Below are positions 44,870 through 54,201 of a stretch of 64,000 nt of DNA, one piece after another. The stretch covers positions 3,425,794 to 3,489,793 of the forward strand of contig OZ253534.1 of assembly GCA_965262355.1 (NCBI GenBank), in the 5' to 3' direction. The translations under genes were made by a program, and so were the position numbers. The notes below the pieces were generated by a model, which saw only the letters and a program-made list of their open reading frames with translations, did not search any database and was not told the DNA's origin. Each line of letters starts with the position of its first letter. Position 1 is the stretch's first letter. The DNA is from Candidatus Multivorans sp. (GTDB taxonomy: Bacteria > Acidobacteriota > Thermoanaerobaculia > Multivoradales > Multivoraceae).

Positions 44870-47206
44870 TGGACGACTTCATGGGCCCCGGGAATCCCTG
44901 GGGCGTTGCGTTCAGTGAATGGGGCCAGATGTACAGCGTCGATGGTGCGGGCGGCGTAACGCATCTTTCCCTCGGCCAGATCCCGACCACCAACCGGCGC
45001 CGCCTCGACACGATCGGCGAGCCCGGTGGATACGCTGGCATCACGCATCTCGACGGCCGTCACCTGCCAGCGGAATACCGGGGCCAGTTCGCGATCGGCG
45101 ATTTCCAGGCGAATCGCGTGAAGCGGTTTTCGGTTGCGGCCGACGGCTCAGGGGCAGCTCTGAGGTGGGAAGAGCCGCTCATCCATTCGAGTCACCGGAA
45201 CTTCCGCCCGGTGGACGTGAAGGTCGGCCCCGACGGCGCCGTCTATGTCGTCGACTGGTACAACCCGATCATCTGCCACCAGGACGACGAGTATCGCGAT
45301 CCAACGCGCGACAAGGCGTACGGTCGGATTTGGCGGATTAGCTCTGTCTCGGCGCCTCTGGTGAAGCCTCCGAAGCATCCTGGATGCGCCGCTGGAGGAG
45401 GTTGTGGCCGCCCTCGAAGCGCCCGAGCGGTGGACGCGCTATCAGGCGAAGCGCGAGCTCACCCGCCGCGACACGGAGAAGGTCGCAGCCGCCCTCGGAA
45501 GGTGGGTCGCGAGCCTGGATCCGGAGGGCGCAGCGTACGAGCGCCACCTCTACGAAGCGGTCGGCGCCTACGCGACCATCGAGGTTCCCGCACCGGCAGT
45601 CCTGGAGAAGTTGCTGGAAGCGAAGGCGCCGGGCGGACGTGCCTTCGCTTCGCGCATCGTGGGCCGATGGCACGATCGCCTCGAGGATCCGCTGGCACTC
45701 CTCGCCAGGCGCGTGGAAGACGACGACGCGCAGGTGCGTATGGAGGCCGTTGCCGCGGCGGCTGCGATTCCCCAACCGGAGTCCATCACCGTGGTCGCGC
45801 GTGCGGTGGACCGCCCCATGGATGACTCGATGGAGTACGTCTTTTCGCAGGCGATCCAGCACCTCAAACCGCACTGGGAAGCGGCGCACGAGCGCGGAGC
45901 CCTCCAGTTCGCCGAGTCGGCCCATCTCGCCGAGGTGCTCAACCGCGCGGGGGGAAGGGAGCGAATCGCGGACCTTCGCACGATCGCCTTGTCCTACCAC
46001 CTCGACGAAGACACGCGCCTGAGCGCGATCGAGAACCTGCTTGCGATTGGGGGAGAAGACGAGATTGTAGAGTTCGTCTTGACTCTGGATCGCTATGTGA
46101 GTGGCGGCAAGTACGACGCCGATTCCCATGCGCGGGTCCTGGCCGCCGCTGCCAGGGCGACGCGTTCCGGAAGTCTCGAGCCGCATGATCATCCCTGGGG
46201 CCTGGCGAAGATGCTGGAGCACCCGAATCTCCAGCTCCGCGCCAATGCCGCCGTCCTGGCCGGGGTCTGGAGGGCCGGCGAAGCGGAGGAGCGTCTTCTC
46301 GCGATGGCCGGGGATGAGTCGCTTCCCGAGTTCGTGCGGAGCGCCGCTTTCGGCGCCATGGCAAGCCTCGGGGCCGAAGGCGCAAAAGAGCTGCTCGCGG
46401 CCCATGCCGATGCGCCGCATGCACCGACACTGCGCGCCTCAGCGATTGAAGCACTCGTTGTCCTCGACTCGAAAGAGGCGGCGAAGTTGGCGGTCAGACT
46501 GTTCGGGGAACCCGGGTTGGACGACGCCACGGCCACTCGGGCACTTGTCGCATTCCTCAACCGCGAAGGGGGCGTGCCGGCTCTGACTGCGGCGATCGAG
46601 TCTGGCGGACTCGAGCACGATGCCGCGAAGTCGCTGCTCCGTTCCTTCTACGCGAGTGGTCGTTCAGACAACGTCCTCCTGGCTGCGCTCGATACCGCGA
46701 GTGGAGCGGATTCGCTAGAGCTGGACTACGATGCCGGCTTTGTGAAGAGCCTCGCCGAAATTGCGGCAGAGCAGGGTGATGCCGCGCGGGGCGCCGTGCT
46801 CTTCGTCGACCTCGGCTGCGACGCCTGTCACCAGGTCGGCGACCAGGGAGGCCTCATCGGGCCGAGCCTGACGGCGGTGGGTACGACGCTCTCCGCCGAA
46901 CGCATCGTCGAAGAGACGCTGTGGCCGAATCGTCAGATCAAGGTAGGATTCACCGCACTGGAAATCACGACCTCCGATTTCATGATCTACCAGGGCTACA
47001 AGCGCTCGACGAGGGGAAGCGAAGCGACTGGCGATCTCGTGATTCAGGATCTCGCCACAGGGGAGCTGGTCACGATCAAGGCGGAAGACATCCAGGAAGT
47101 TCGTGAGACGGGAAGCCCGATGCCCACGGGCTTGACGTCGTTGCTGTCACAAGCCCAGCTTCTCGACCTTTTCAAGCACGTCACGACCCTGGGCACCAGG
47201 AACTAG
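44870..47206 (+). pseudogene. PVC-type heme-binding CxxCH protein (dehydrogenase beta-propeller tail, HEAT repeats, C-terminal cytochrome c), N-terminally truncated and frameshifted near 45340-45400
   Basis: Frame 1: …NPWGVAFSEWGQMYSVDGAGG…AVYVVDWYNPIICHQDD…AYGRIWRIS. It switches to frame 2: LDAPLEEVVAALEAPERWTRYQAKREL…HEAT-like repeats…FVDLGCDACHQVGDQGGLIGPSL (CxxCH). Only the last ~150 aa of the usual ~400-aa propeller are present. Confidence 0.6.
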
Positions 47207-47314
47207 GAGCTTGCGGGGCAGAACGATCTGACCTGGGAACGCGGGCATCCTGCCCGCATCCGGCGCGAAGCGCCGGCCTCTGGGAGTTCCGTCGCGCTAG
47301 AAGAAGAAGCAGGG

Positions 47315-48070
47315 GTGAAGAAGATGTGGAAGTCCGTCATTGCTGTGCTTGCCCTCGTACCCGCCACCGTGTGGGCTGCAACGGCGCAACAGCAGGACGC
47401 CGAGTTCGTCGCCATATTCGATGGCGAGATGCTGGATGGCTGGCATGCGGTACCGGCCGACTCCATTACGGACTGGTCCGTCGAAGACGGCATGATCGTC
47501 GGACAGGGCAGCGTGGACCGGCTCGTGTACCTCGTCTACGACGACGTCGAGCTGACCGATTTCGAGTTGGAAGTGAGCTACCGCTTTCCCGGGAACGGCA
47601 ATAGTGGAATTCAGATCCACGCCGTGAAGGACCTGAGCGGCAAGCGTCCGTTCGTGGGCTACCACGCGGATCTGGGTCACCTGGGCATTGGACCGCAGGT
47701 GCTCGGCGCATGGGACTTCCACTTCGCCACGCGCGAAGAGTACGCCTGTTTTCGCGGAACGAGCCTCGTGATCGATCCGGACGGAACTACGCACACCAGC
47801 GACGTCGAAGATGGCGTGACGGAAAGCGACATCAATCGTCGTGGCTGGAACGAGGTCCGCGTTGTCGCCAGGGGACGCCACTACCAGTTCTTCATCAACG
47901 GGAAGCTCGCCTCGGAGTTCACCGACAACGCGAAAGAAGAACGTTTTGACAAGGGCGCAATCGGCCTGCAGATTCACGATGCGGGGATGCGCGTGGAGTT
48001 CAGGGACCTGCGGCTGAAGAAGACCGCTTACGGACTCCATCCGGACGTTTCCGTACACGAAGGAGCATGA
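47315..48070 (+). CDS. DUF1080 (3-keto-disaccharide hydrolase-like) domain protein, secreted
   Basis: Signal peptide, then …FDGEMLDGWH…GNSGIQIH…GWNEVRVVARGRHYQFFINGKL…GLQIHD… typical of DUF1080. Confidence 0.75.
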   Translation: MKKMWKSVIAVLALVPATVWAATAQQQDAEFVAIFDGEMLDGWHAVPADSITDWSVEDGMIVGQGSVDRLVYLVYDDVELTDFELEVSYRFPGNGNSGIQIHAVKDLSGKRPFVGYHADLGHLGIGPQVLGAWDFHFATREEYACFRGTSLVIDPDGTTHTSDVEDGVTESDINRRGWNEVRVVARGRHYQFFINGKLASEFTDNAKEERFDKGAIGLQIHDAGMRVEFRDLRLKKTAYGLHPDVSVHEGA

Positions 48071-48981
48071 CGATGACTAGAGTGCATTCGAGCCGTCGGA
48101 CTGCAGCAGTATTCCTGGCGTTCGTGATTTGCCTGACTGGCGCACACGCTCAGCCCGGCGCCGACGAAGGCCCGAGCTTCGGCCAGATCAATCCGGCGCA
48201 GATGGCTCGGATGCTGAATCCTGCCGAGGACGGGCCCTTCTACATGATCAACCTGATCCAGTTCCGGGAGAAGGCGGTCTATCCCGACGGGCGCGAGACC
48301 GACCTCACCGGCCAGGAAGCCAACAATCTCTACAGGCCGATCGACATCCTGGAGGAGATCGGCGCCGAGGTCGTCTTCACGGCCCAGGTCGAGAAGATGC
48401 GGCTGGGCGACGGCACGCAGTGGGACCAGGTGGCCATCGCTCGTTATCCGAGTCGCCGGGCGTTCCTGCAGATGACGCAACGACCGGACTTTCGGGCCCG
48501 ATCGATCCACAAGGACGCCGGCGTCGGTAAGTCGATCGCGATGGTGTCGCATCTCGTTGATCTCCCGACGCCCGAAGGCTTCACTCCGCCGCAACCGGCT
48601 TATCCGGCGACTGCCGACGACCGCCCCTTCGAGATGATCCACGTGCTTCGCTATCGCGCCGCGGCTCGGTACGAGGAAGGCTCCACCGAGCCGGCGATCT
48701 CCGGCCGCGAGGCGATGGAGAAGTACGGCGCTGCCGCCGGCTCGGTCGCCGGGCCGATGGGCGTCTACCCCACGGCGTGGTTCAAGATCGAAGGAGTCTT
48801 CATCGGCGACGGTCGGCCGTGGGACGAGGTGCGGATCAACCACTTCCCGAGCCACGCGACCCTGGCGAAGCACGCGGAGAGCGAAGTTCGGGCGGAAGCT
48901 CAGCGTCACCGGGCCGCAGCCCTCGAGGACAGGTACGCGATCCAGGCGCGCCCGCTGATCAACCGGCTCGGCAGGAAGTAG
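48067..48981 (+). CDS. Secreted protein with tandem DUF1330-like (dimeric alpha/beta-barrel) domains
   Basis: Two internal repeats: FYMINLIQFREKAVYPDGRETDLTGQEANNLY…VAIARYPSRRAFLQM and FEMIHVLRYRAAARYEEGSTEPAISGREAMEKY…VRINHFPSHATLAKH. Paralog at 52791-53801. Confidence 0.55.
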   Translation: MTMTRVHSSRRTAAVFLAFVICLTGAHAQPGADEGPSFGQINPAQMARMLNPAEDGPFYMINLIQFREKAVYPDGRETDLTGQEANNLYRPIDILEEIGAEVVFTAQVEKMRLGDGTQWDQVAIARYPSRRAFLQMTQRPDFRARSIHKDAGVGKSIAMVSHLVDLPTPEGFTPPQPAYPATADDRPFEMIHVLRYRAAARYEEGSTEPAISGREAMEKYGAAAGSVAGPMGVYPTAWFKIEGVFIGDGRPWDEVRINHFPSHATLAKHAESEVRAEAQRHRAAALEDRYAIQARPLINRLGRK

Positions 48982-49024
48982 CGTCCGGATCGATCAACGC
49001 GGAGAAGCCTGCCGAGGAGGAAAG

Positions 49025-49924
49025 CTAAGCGACCGGCCGGTCACCCACGATCGAGACCCGCTCGCCGAAGCGCGACTGCGGGTAGTAGTCCCACACGGCA
49101 TGATGCTGCGTGCAGCGGTTGTCCCAGAGGGTGAGTGTGTTGGGCTCCCAGCGCACGCGACAGGTCAGTGAGACCGTGGTGGCAATGTGCCTGAAGAGCA
49201 TGTCGAGCAGACCCCGGCTCTCCCATCGACGCAGACCGCGGATGTGCGAGGTGAAGCCGCTGTTGACGAACAGGGCCTTGCGGCCCGTCTCGGGATGGCG
49301 GACCACCACCGGGTGCTCGGTCTTCGGGTACTGCTTTCCATCGGGAGCGGCGTAGCCGTACTTTCCGATGTAGGGCAGGGCACCGTCATGGACCGCCACC
49401 AGACCTTCGAGAAACTGCTGCATCCGCTCCGATAGCGTCTCGTAAGCGCGGTACATGTCGGCGAATAGTGTGTCGCCTCCCGAGCCGCACTCGGGAATCT
49501 CCTTGATGTAGAGCATCGACGCCATCGGCGGTTGCTCGTCGCACGACACGTCGGTGTGCCAGCCGTCGCCCGCCGTGTACCTGGACTTCTGCGTGGTCTT
49601 GACGACAAGGATTTCCGGGTCGTGCCCGCCCTTGTACTCGGAGCTCTTGTGCAGCGGGTGGACGTGCAGCGGGCCGAAGGACTGGCCGAAGTCCTTGTGC
49701 TGCTCGCGGGTGAGTTCCTGGTCACGGAAGACCAGCACCTGCCAGTCCAGCCAGGCTTGCCTGATGTCGTCCTTCTGGGACTGGGAGAGCGGCTGGGACA
49801 GGTCGACTCCCTCGATCTCCGCGCCGATATGGGGCGTCAGAGGTCGGATTTCGATGGGGGCTGCGGCGGGCGTCCAGTCAGGGCGCGTTTCGGAAGCGGC
49901 TTGTACGGTCGTGGTGCCGGTCAT
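49025..49924 (-). CDS. TauD/TfdA-family Fe(II)/2-oxoglutarate dioxygenase (copy 1)
   Basis: …HIGAEIEGVDLSQPLS…GWHTDVSCDE…(H-x-D)…HHAVWDYYPQSR… Near-identical paralog at 55259-56158. Confidence 0.8.
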   Translation of the reverse strand: MTGTTTVQAASETRPDWTPAAAPIEIRPLTPHIGAEIEGVDLSQPLSQSQKDDIRQAWLDWQVLVFRDQELTREQHKDFGQSFGPLHVHPLHKSSEYKGGHDPEILVVKTTQKSRYTAGDGWHTDVSCDEQPPMASMLYIKEIPECGSGGDTLFADMYRAYETLSERMQQFLEGLVAVHDGALPYIGKYGYAAPDGKQYPKTEHPVVVRHPETGRKALFVNSGFTSHIRGLRRWESRGLLDMLFRHIATTVSLTCRVRWEPNTLTLWDNRCTQHHAVWDYYPQSRFGERVSIVGDRPVA

Positions 49925-49961
49925 CCTGTCATACGCTCCGCTGTCCACTAATGGAGGAAGG

Positions 49962-50723
49962 ATGATGAAACCAGTTTGCTTTGTCATGGGCGCGGGCGCC
50001 GGGATCGGCGGTACCGCCGGCAAGAGGTTTGCTCGCGAGGGGTACCACGCGGTTCTCTGTCGCCGGAGCGACGAAGACGGGCTGAACGCTCTGGTCGCCG
50101 GCATTCACGAGGAGGGAGGGGATGCGTCCGGCTTTCTCCTGAACGCCGTCAAGGAGAACGCCATCGAGGATCAGATTGCCCAGGTGGAGGAGGAGATCGG
50201 GCCGATCGAAGTGATGATCTACAACCTCGGCGCCCAGATCGGCGATCGGGCGCTCGCCGATACCAGCTACAAGGCCTTCGAGCTCGGCTGGCGCATGGCC
50301 ACGTTCGGCCTCTTCCGGACAGCCTCCGCGGTCTGCCCCCGCATGGCTGAGCGTGGCCATGGAACGCTGATCGTTACCTCAGCCACAGCCGCGGCGCGCG
50401 GCAATGCAGGACAGCACTCCCACGCGGCCGCGATGGGGGGACGCCGCATGCTCTGCCAGACGCTGAACGCCGAGTTCGCCGCAAAGGGAATTCACGTGGC
50501 TCATGTGCTCGTGGATGGATCGGTCGATGCACCGGACACGCTAGGCAAGATGCTTGGGGCAGAGCGGTTCGAGGCTCTCCGGAACACGAAGGGAGCGGCC
50601 GACGGCCTCATCCTGCCCGAGCAGGTGGCGGAGACCTACGTCCATCTCGTGCAACAGCATCGGTCCACCTGGACCTTCGAGTTGGACGTGCGTGCGTACT
50701 CCGACAAGGCCTGGTGGAACTGA
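49962..50723 (+). CDS. SDR-family oxidoreductase, divergent from TauD copy 1
   Basis: MMKPVCFVMGAGAGIGGTAGKRFAREGYHAVLCRRS…. Confidence 0.8.
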   Translation: MMKPVCFVMGAGAGIGGTAGKRFAREGYHAVLCRRSDEDGLNALVAGIHEEGGDASGFLLNAVKENAIEDQIAQVEEEIGPIEVMIYNLGAQIGDRALADTSYKAFELGWRMATFGLFRTASAVCPRMAERGHGTLIVTSATAAARGNAGQHSHAAAMGGRRMLCQTLNAEFAAKGIHVAHVLVDGSVDAPDTLGKMLGAERFEALRNTKGAADGLILPEQVAETYVHLVQQHRSTWTFELDVRAYSDKAWWN

Positions 50724-50841
50724 CGTACCGACGGGTGCTGTTCCCGTCGCGCTGTACAGTGTGCGAGTGGACATCAAGGTAGATACGCGAGGCCGTGAGG
50801 CCGGCCCCCCCGGCTACTTCGACGACGCCGACGGCTTCCTC

Positions 50842-52689
50842 ATGCCGTTGGCTCCCAACACGAGATCCCGCCGCATTCCCCTCGGTGACTTTCCGACCGG
50901 TCCCGAGGTCGGCACGCGACTACCCGAGGTGGTCGCGATCGACCAATACGGTCGCTCGGTCGACCTGCATGCGGACCGCCGTGGCCAACCGGCGGTCCTG
51001 GTCTTCTCCCGATCAGCGGTGTGGTGACCCCCCTGTCGAACCCAGCTGGTCGAGCTGGAGCGAGGAATGGCCGCTTTCGATGCCGCCGGGGTCAAGCTCT
51101 ACACCCTGACCTATGACGAGGTCGATGCGCTCGCCGACTACTCCAATGCCATGGGGGTCACTTTCACCATGCTGTCGGACCCGAACAGCGAGGTGATTCG
51201 AGCGTTCGGGATCCTCAACACGCTCATCCCGCCGGACGAGCACCCCTGGTACGGGATCCCCTTTCCCGGGGCCTACGCGATCGATGCCGACGGCATCATC
51301 GTCGCCAAGTTCTTCGACCGCAACTTTGGTGCGAGATTCGGACCCGAGCAGCTCCTCAACGCTGCTCTCGGCCGGAGGTTCGAGGTGGAGCCCGCGGCAA
51401 GCCCGGCGGAGCAGGTGAGTGTCGACGTGATCCTCGACGCCGACCGGCTGCTCTCGGGCGTCATTCACGAGATCGTCGCGACCTTCCGGGTACCGGAAGG
51501 GCAGCATCTCTACGGCGAGCCGGTACCGGACGGCCTGGTGGCTGCCACGATCGAAGTCGACGACGCTCCCGGCATCATCAGCCGCACTCTGGTCGCACCG
51601 CCTACTTCCAGGTTGACCCTCGCCGGGTCCGGCGACACCCTCGAAGTCTACGAGGGCGACGTGGTGCTGCGGCTACCGATCGCACAAAACGGCAGAGCCA
51701 TGCAGAAGGCCGACGGCAAGCGCTATGTCGACATCAGCGGCAGGGTCCGTTGGCAAGCGTGCGACGACGTGGAGTGCGGTCTACCTCGGTCGCAGAGCTT
51801 CGACTTCCGGGTCGAAGCCGGTTTCCCGGTCCTCCCGGACATGGGCCCAGGGGTGGGACGAGTACCGGAAATGAACGGTGCTGCCCACTTCAAGAAGATG
51901 ATGGAGCGGAAGTCCATGTGGTCCATGCTCAACTGGGGCACGGTGATGGGGATCGACGCCTTCTGCGACGCTCTGGAGTTCCCGCTGCTTCCGCTCCCGG
52001 AGGTGCGGGCCGGTGAACCTACCCGCTACCGACCCGCGGAGGCCGTCGACGATGGCGCCTGGGTTCCCATGATCCCCAACGATGGCGAGGGTGAGAACGA
52101 AGCCGACGTCTACGATCGGCTTCCCGCTTCCCGTCGCTTCGTGCCGAACGTGATTCGGGCCATGTCCCTCGTGCCCGATGCCCTGCGTAATCTGCTCGAC
52201 CTTCTGTTTCCCTTCTACCTGGCGGGTCACAACCCAAAGTCTGGCAGCCTGGACCGCAGGCAGACGGAGTTGGTCGCCGGCCGGTTATCCGCCCTCAACG
52301 AGTGCTTCTACTGAACGACCGCACACGCACAGATGCTCCGGGCGAGCAGTCAGGGCAGCGATGTGGACTTCGAGGCGATCACTAGGGGTGCCAGCGATCA
52401 AGTGACCGGGGTGGCGTATGGCGCAGAGTTGATCGCCTACGCGGATGCGGTAGTTGCCCGGTCACCGGAGGCGACACAGGCCCGCGACGCCGTCCAGAAG
52501 TCGTTGGGAGATGCAGCGGTCGTCGACGTCGCCGCCGTCATCGCGAACTTTCAGCGCATGGTTCGCATCGCCGACGGAATCGGGATCCCCCTCGGCGAAG
52601 AGCTCGATCTTCGCTCGGCGGACCTTCGACACGAGATCAGGATCAACGAATTCGCCAGTGCCGCAGGGCGCAGGATCAGCGCGACGTGA
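50842..52689 (+). CDS. Candidate two-selenocysteine redox protein: TlpA-like thioredoxin-fold domain (W-U-P-P-C), DsbD-alpha-like domain, AhpD-like domain (C-F-Y-U-x3-H). TGA codons at 51025-51027 and 52312-52314 are read as Sec
   Basis: Three consecutive ORFs (50554-51027, 51067-52314, 52333-52689) share one frame and are separated only by TGA codons. TGA 1 replaces the first Cys of …AVLVFSRSAVW[TGA]PPCRTQL… TGA 2 replaces the second Cys of …RLSALNECFY[TGA]TTAHAQ… (AhpD CxxCxxxH). Domain homology is continuous across both TGAs. Hairpins sit 15-20 nt downstream of each TGA. The middle domain carries a DsbD-alpha-like WQACDDVECGLP motif. Start codon uncertain (ATG 50842 or GTG 50761/50767). 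Confidence 0.6.
51042..51058 (+). ncRNA. Putative bacterial SECIS-like hairpin after the first in-frame UGA
   Basis: CCAGC-UGGUCGA-GCUGG (5-bp stem, G-containing 7-nt loop), starting ~15 nt 3' of the UGA at 51025-51027. Confidence 0.35.
52334..52348 (+). ncRNA. Putative bacterial SECIS-like hairpin after the second in-frame UGA
   Basis: UGCUC-CGGGC-GAGCA (5-6-bp stem, GGG apical loop), starting ~20 nt 3' of the UGA at 52312-52314. Confidence 0.35.
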
Positions 52690-52790
52690 GCTGCGGCCCT
52701 CCGCGATCTCGTCGCTACACCCCCCCACCACGCGGTCACCGGTCGGCGGCGGGTGCCAGCTCACGATCCATCACCAAGAGGAGAATCATC

Positions 52791-53801
52791 ATGACTGACG
52801 ACCGCTCCAGCGTTATCAACTTTCTTTCGATCTTTGGGATGTTCATCGTGGCGATCGGGACCGCGGTGTTCTCTCCGCCCGTGTTTGCGCAGTCGTCTCA
52901 GCAGGTCTTCGAAGCTAGCGACGCCGACAGCGACGGCGCGATCAGCAAGGCCCAAACTCCCGATCCCAGCTTCGGGACCCTGAACCCGAACGCGGCAAGT
53001 TTCATGATCGTTCCGCCGGATCAGGACGGAATGTTGTACATCCTCAACCTCATGAAGTACCGGGACAAGGCCGAATATCCCGACGGGCGCGAGACGAACC
53101 TGACGGGCGAAGAAGCCGACAGGCTGTACAACCCGTTACCGGAAGTTGAGAAAGTGGGCGGCGGGCTAGTTTACGCCGGCAGCGTCGAAGCGCAGCTCGT
53201 AGGCAAAGATCCGACGTGGGATCGGGTCGGAATCGTCATGTATCCGAGTCGGGCGAAGATCGCGCAAATGAGGGCGAGCGCGGGTTTCCAAGAGACCGTC
53301 GTTCACAAAGGCCCAAGCCTCGCCGCGTCCCAGATCATCGTCACGATACCCGAAGAAGATTGGACGTATTCGGATAAGCCTCCGGTCACCGCGGCCGACG
53401 TTCCCCATCCGGCGTCCGCCGACGACCCGTCCTTTACTCTCTTTCATCTGGTGAAGTATCGCGCCGTCGCCGAGTACCCCGAAGGCAGCAGCGAACCCCA
53501 ACGGAGTGGACGCGAAGCGATGGACGTGTTTTGGAAATCTCTGGAGGGAAGTCTTCACGAGGCCGGCGTGGAGCCGATGCTCAAAGCGGAAGTCGCCGGT
53601 GTTCTGGTCGGCGACGGGCGAGATTGGGACGACTATCGCATCCTGAGGTTCCCGAGCCGTCGCGCCTACGAGGCCGTACTCGCGAGAATTGAGTCGAGCG
53701 ATTCTGCCATTCACTTTGCCGCTGCCGTCGAGGACGAGTACCGTTTGCAACTGGTGGACCTGATGGACAGGACGGCCAATCCCCCAACGCCTCCGAAGTA
53801 G
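52791..53801 (+). CDS. Secreted protein with tandem DUF1330-like domains (paralog of 48067-48981)
   Basis: N-terminal TM/signal (FLSIFGMFIVAIGTAVFS), then LYILNLMKYRDKAEYPDGRETNLTGEEADRLY…VMYPSRAKIAQM and FTLFHLVKYRAVAEYPEGSSEPQRSGREAMDVF…ILRFPSRRAYEAV. Confidence 0.55.
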   Translation: MTDDRSSVINFLSIFGMFIVAIGTAVFSPPVFAQSSQQVFEASDADSDGAISKAQTPDPSFGTLNPNAASFMIVPPDQDGMLYILNLMKYRDKAEYPDGRETNLTGEEADRLYNPLPEVEKVGGGLVYAGSVEAQLVGKDPTWDRVGIVMYPSRAKIAQMRASAGFQETVVHKGPSLAASQIIVTIPEEDWTYSDKPPVTAADVPHPASADDPSFTLFHLVKYRAVAEYPEGSSEPQRSGREAMDVFWKSLEGSLHEAGVEPMLKAEVAGVLVGDGRDWDDYRILRFPSRRAYEAVLARIESSDSAIHFAAAVEDEYRLQLVDLMDRTANPPTPPK

Positions 53802-53840
53802 GTGCGGGTTCTGTACCGGCCTGACGCCGAGAGACTCAGC

Positions 53841-53935
53841 CGGCGGGCGCGATGGCGTTCCCAACGGGATACGACCCAGCGCTCCGAGCCGTAGGCGAGG
53901 CGCGCCGACCGAATCCCGCTGGGGCCAGCATCGTG
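53841..53935 (-). repeat. Degenerate tandem copy of the tRNA-Glu 3' region (pseudo-tRNA / att-like direct repeat)
   Basis: gcgggcgcgatggcgttcccaacgggatacgaccc (53843-) versus gcaggcgcgatggtgtccccaacgggattcgaaccc at the tRNA 3' end (53939-), ~30/36 identical with a ~96-bp period. It does not fold into a complete tRNA. Confidence 0.5.
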
Positions 53936-53948
53936 CCGGCAGGCGCGA

Positions 53949-54025
53949 TGGTGTCCCCAACGGGATTCGAACCCGTGTTGCCAGCTTGAAAGGCTGGAGT
54001 CCTGACCTGGCTAGACGATGGGGAC
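53949..54025 (-). tRNA. tRNA-Glu: tRNA-Glu (anticodon UUC)
   Basis: Reverse complement folds as acceptor GTCCCCA/TGGGGAC, D-arm GTCT/GGAC, anticodon stem CCAGC/GCTGG with loop CTTTCAA (anticodon TTC), T-arm ACGGG-TTCGAAT-CCCGT, discriminator A plus CCA. Coordinates ±2. Confidence 0.8.
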
Positions 54026-54201
54026 GCGGATTCGGGCCGCGGCTTCGGTGCCGACCGCTGTCGAGCGGCGGAGTATACCGGCAGCGGCCGAAGCCGTGTT
54101 GCAGGAGTCTGACCCGGACATCGGTCTGGGCCGTTTCCTGTTTGGTTGCGGCCGCTGTTGACGATCGGCATACAATCGGCGACAATCAGCTCCGATCAAG
54201 T

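Noticed and set aside
52687-52689. Third TGA at the end of the AhpD-like domain as a possible additional Sec codon
   Set aside because: The AhpD-like domain is complete at this point. The downstream frame is short, compositionally non-coding and lacks further homology, so this TGA is taken as the true stop.
53836-53948. Second complete tRNA gene next to tRNA-Glu
   Set aside because: The segment resembles only the 3' flank and T-arm of the tRNA and cannot be folded into an acceptor/D/anticodon structure. Recorded as a degenerate repeat instead.
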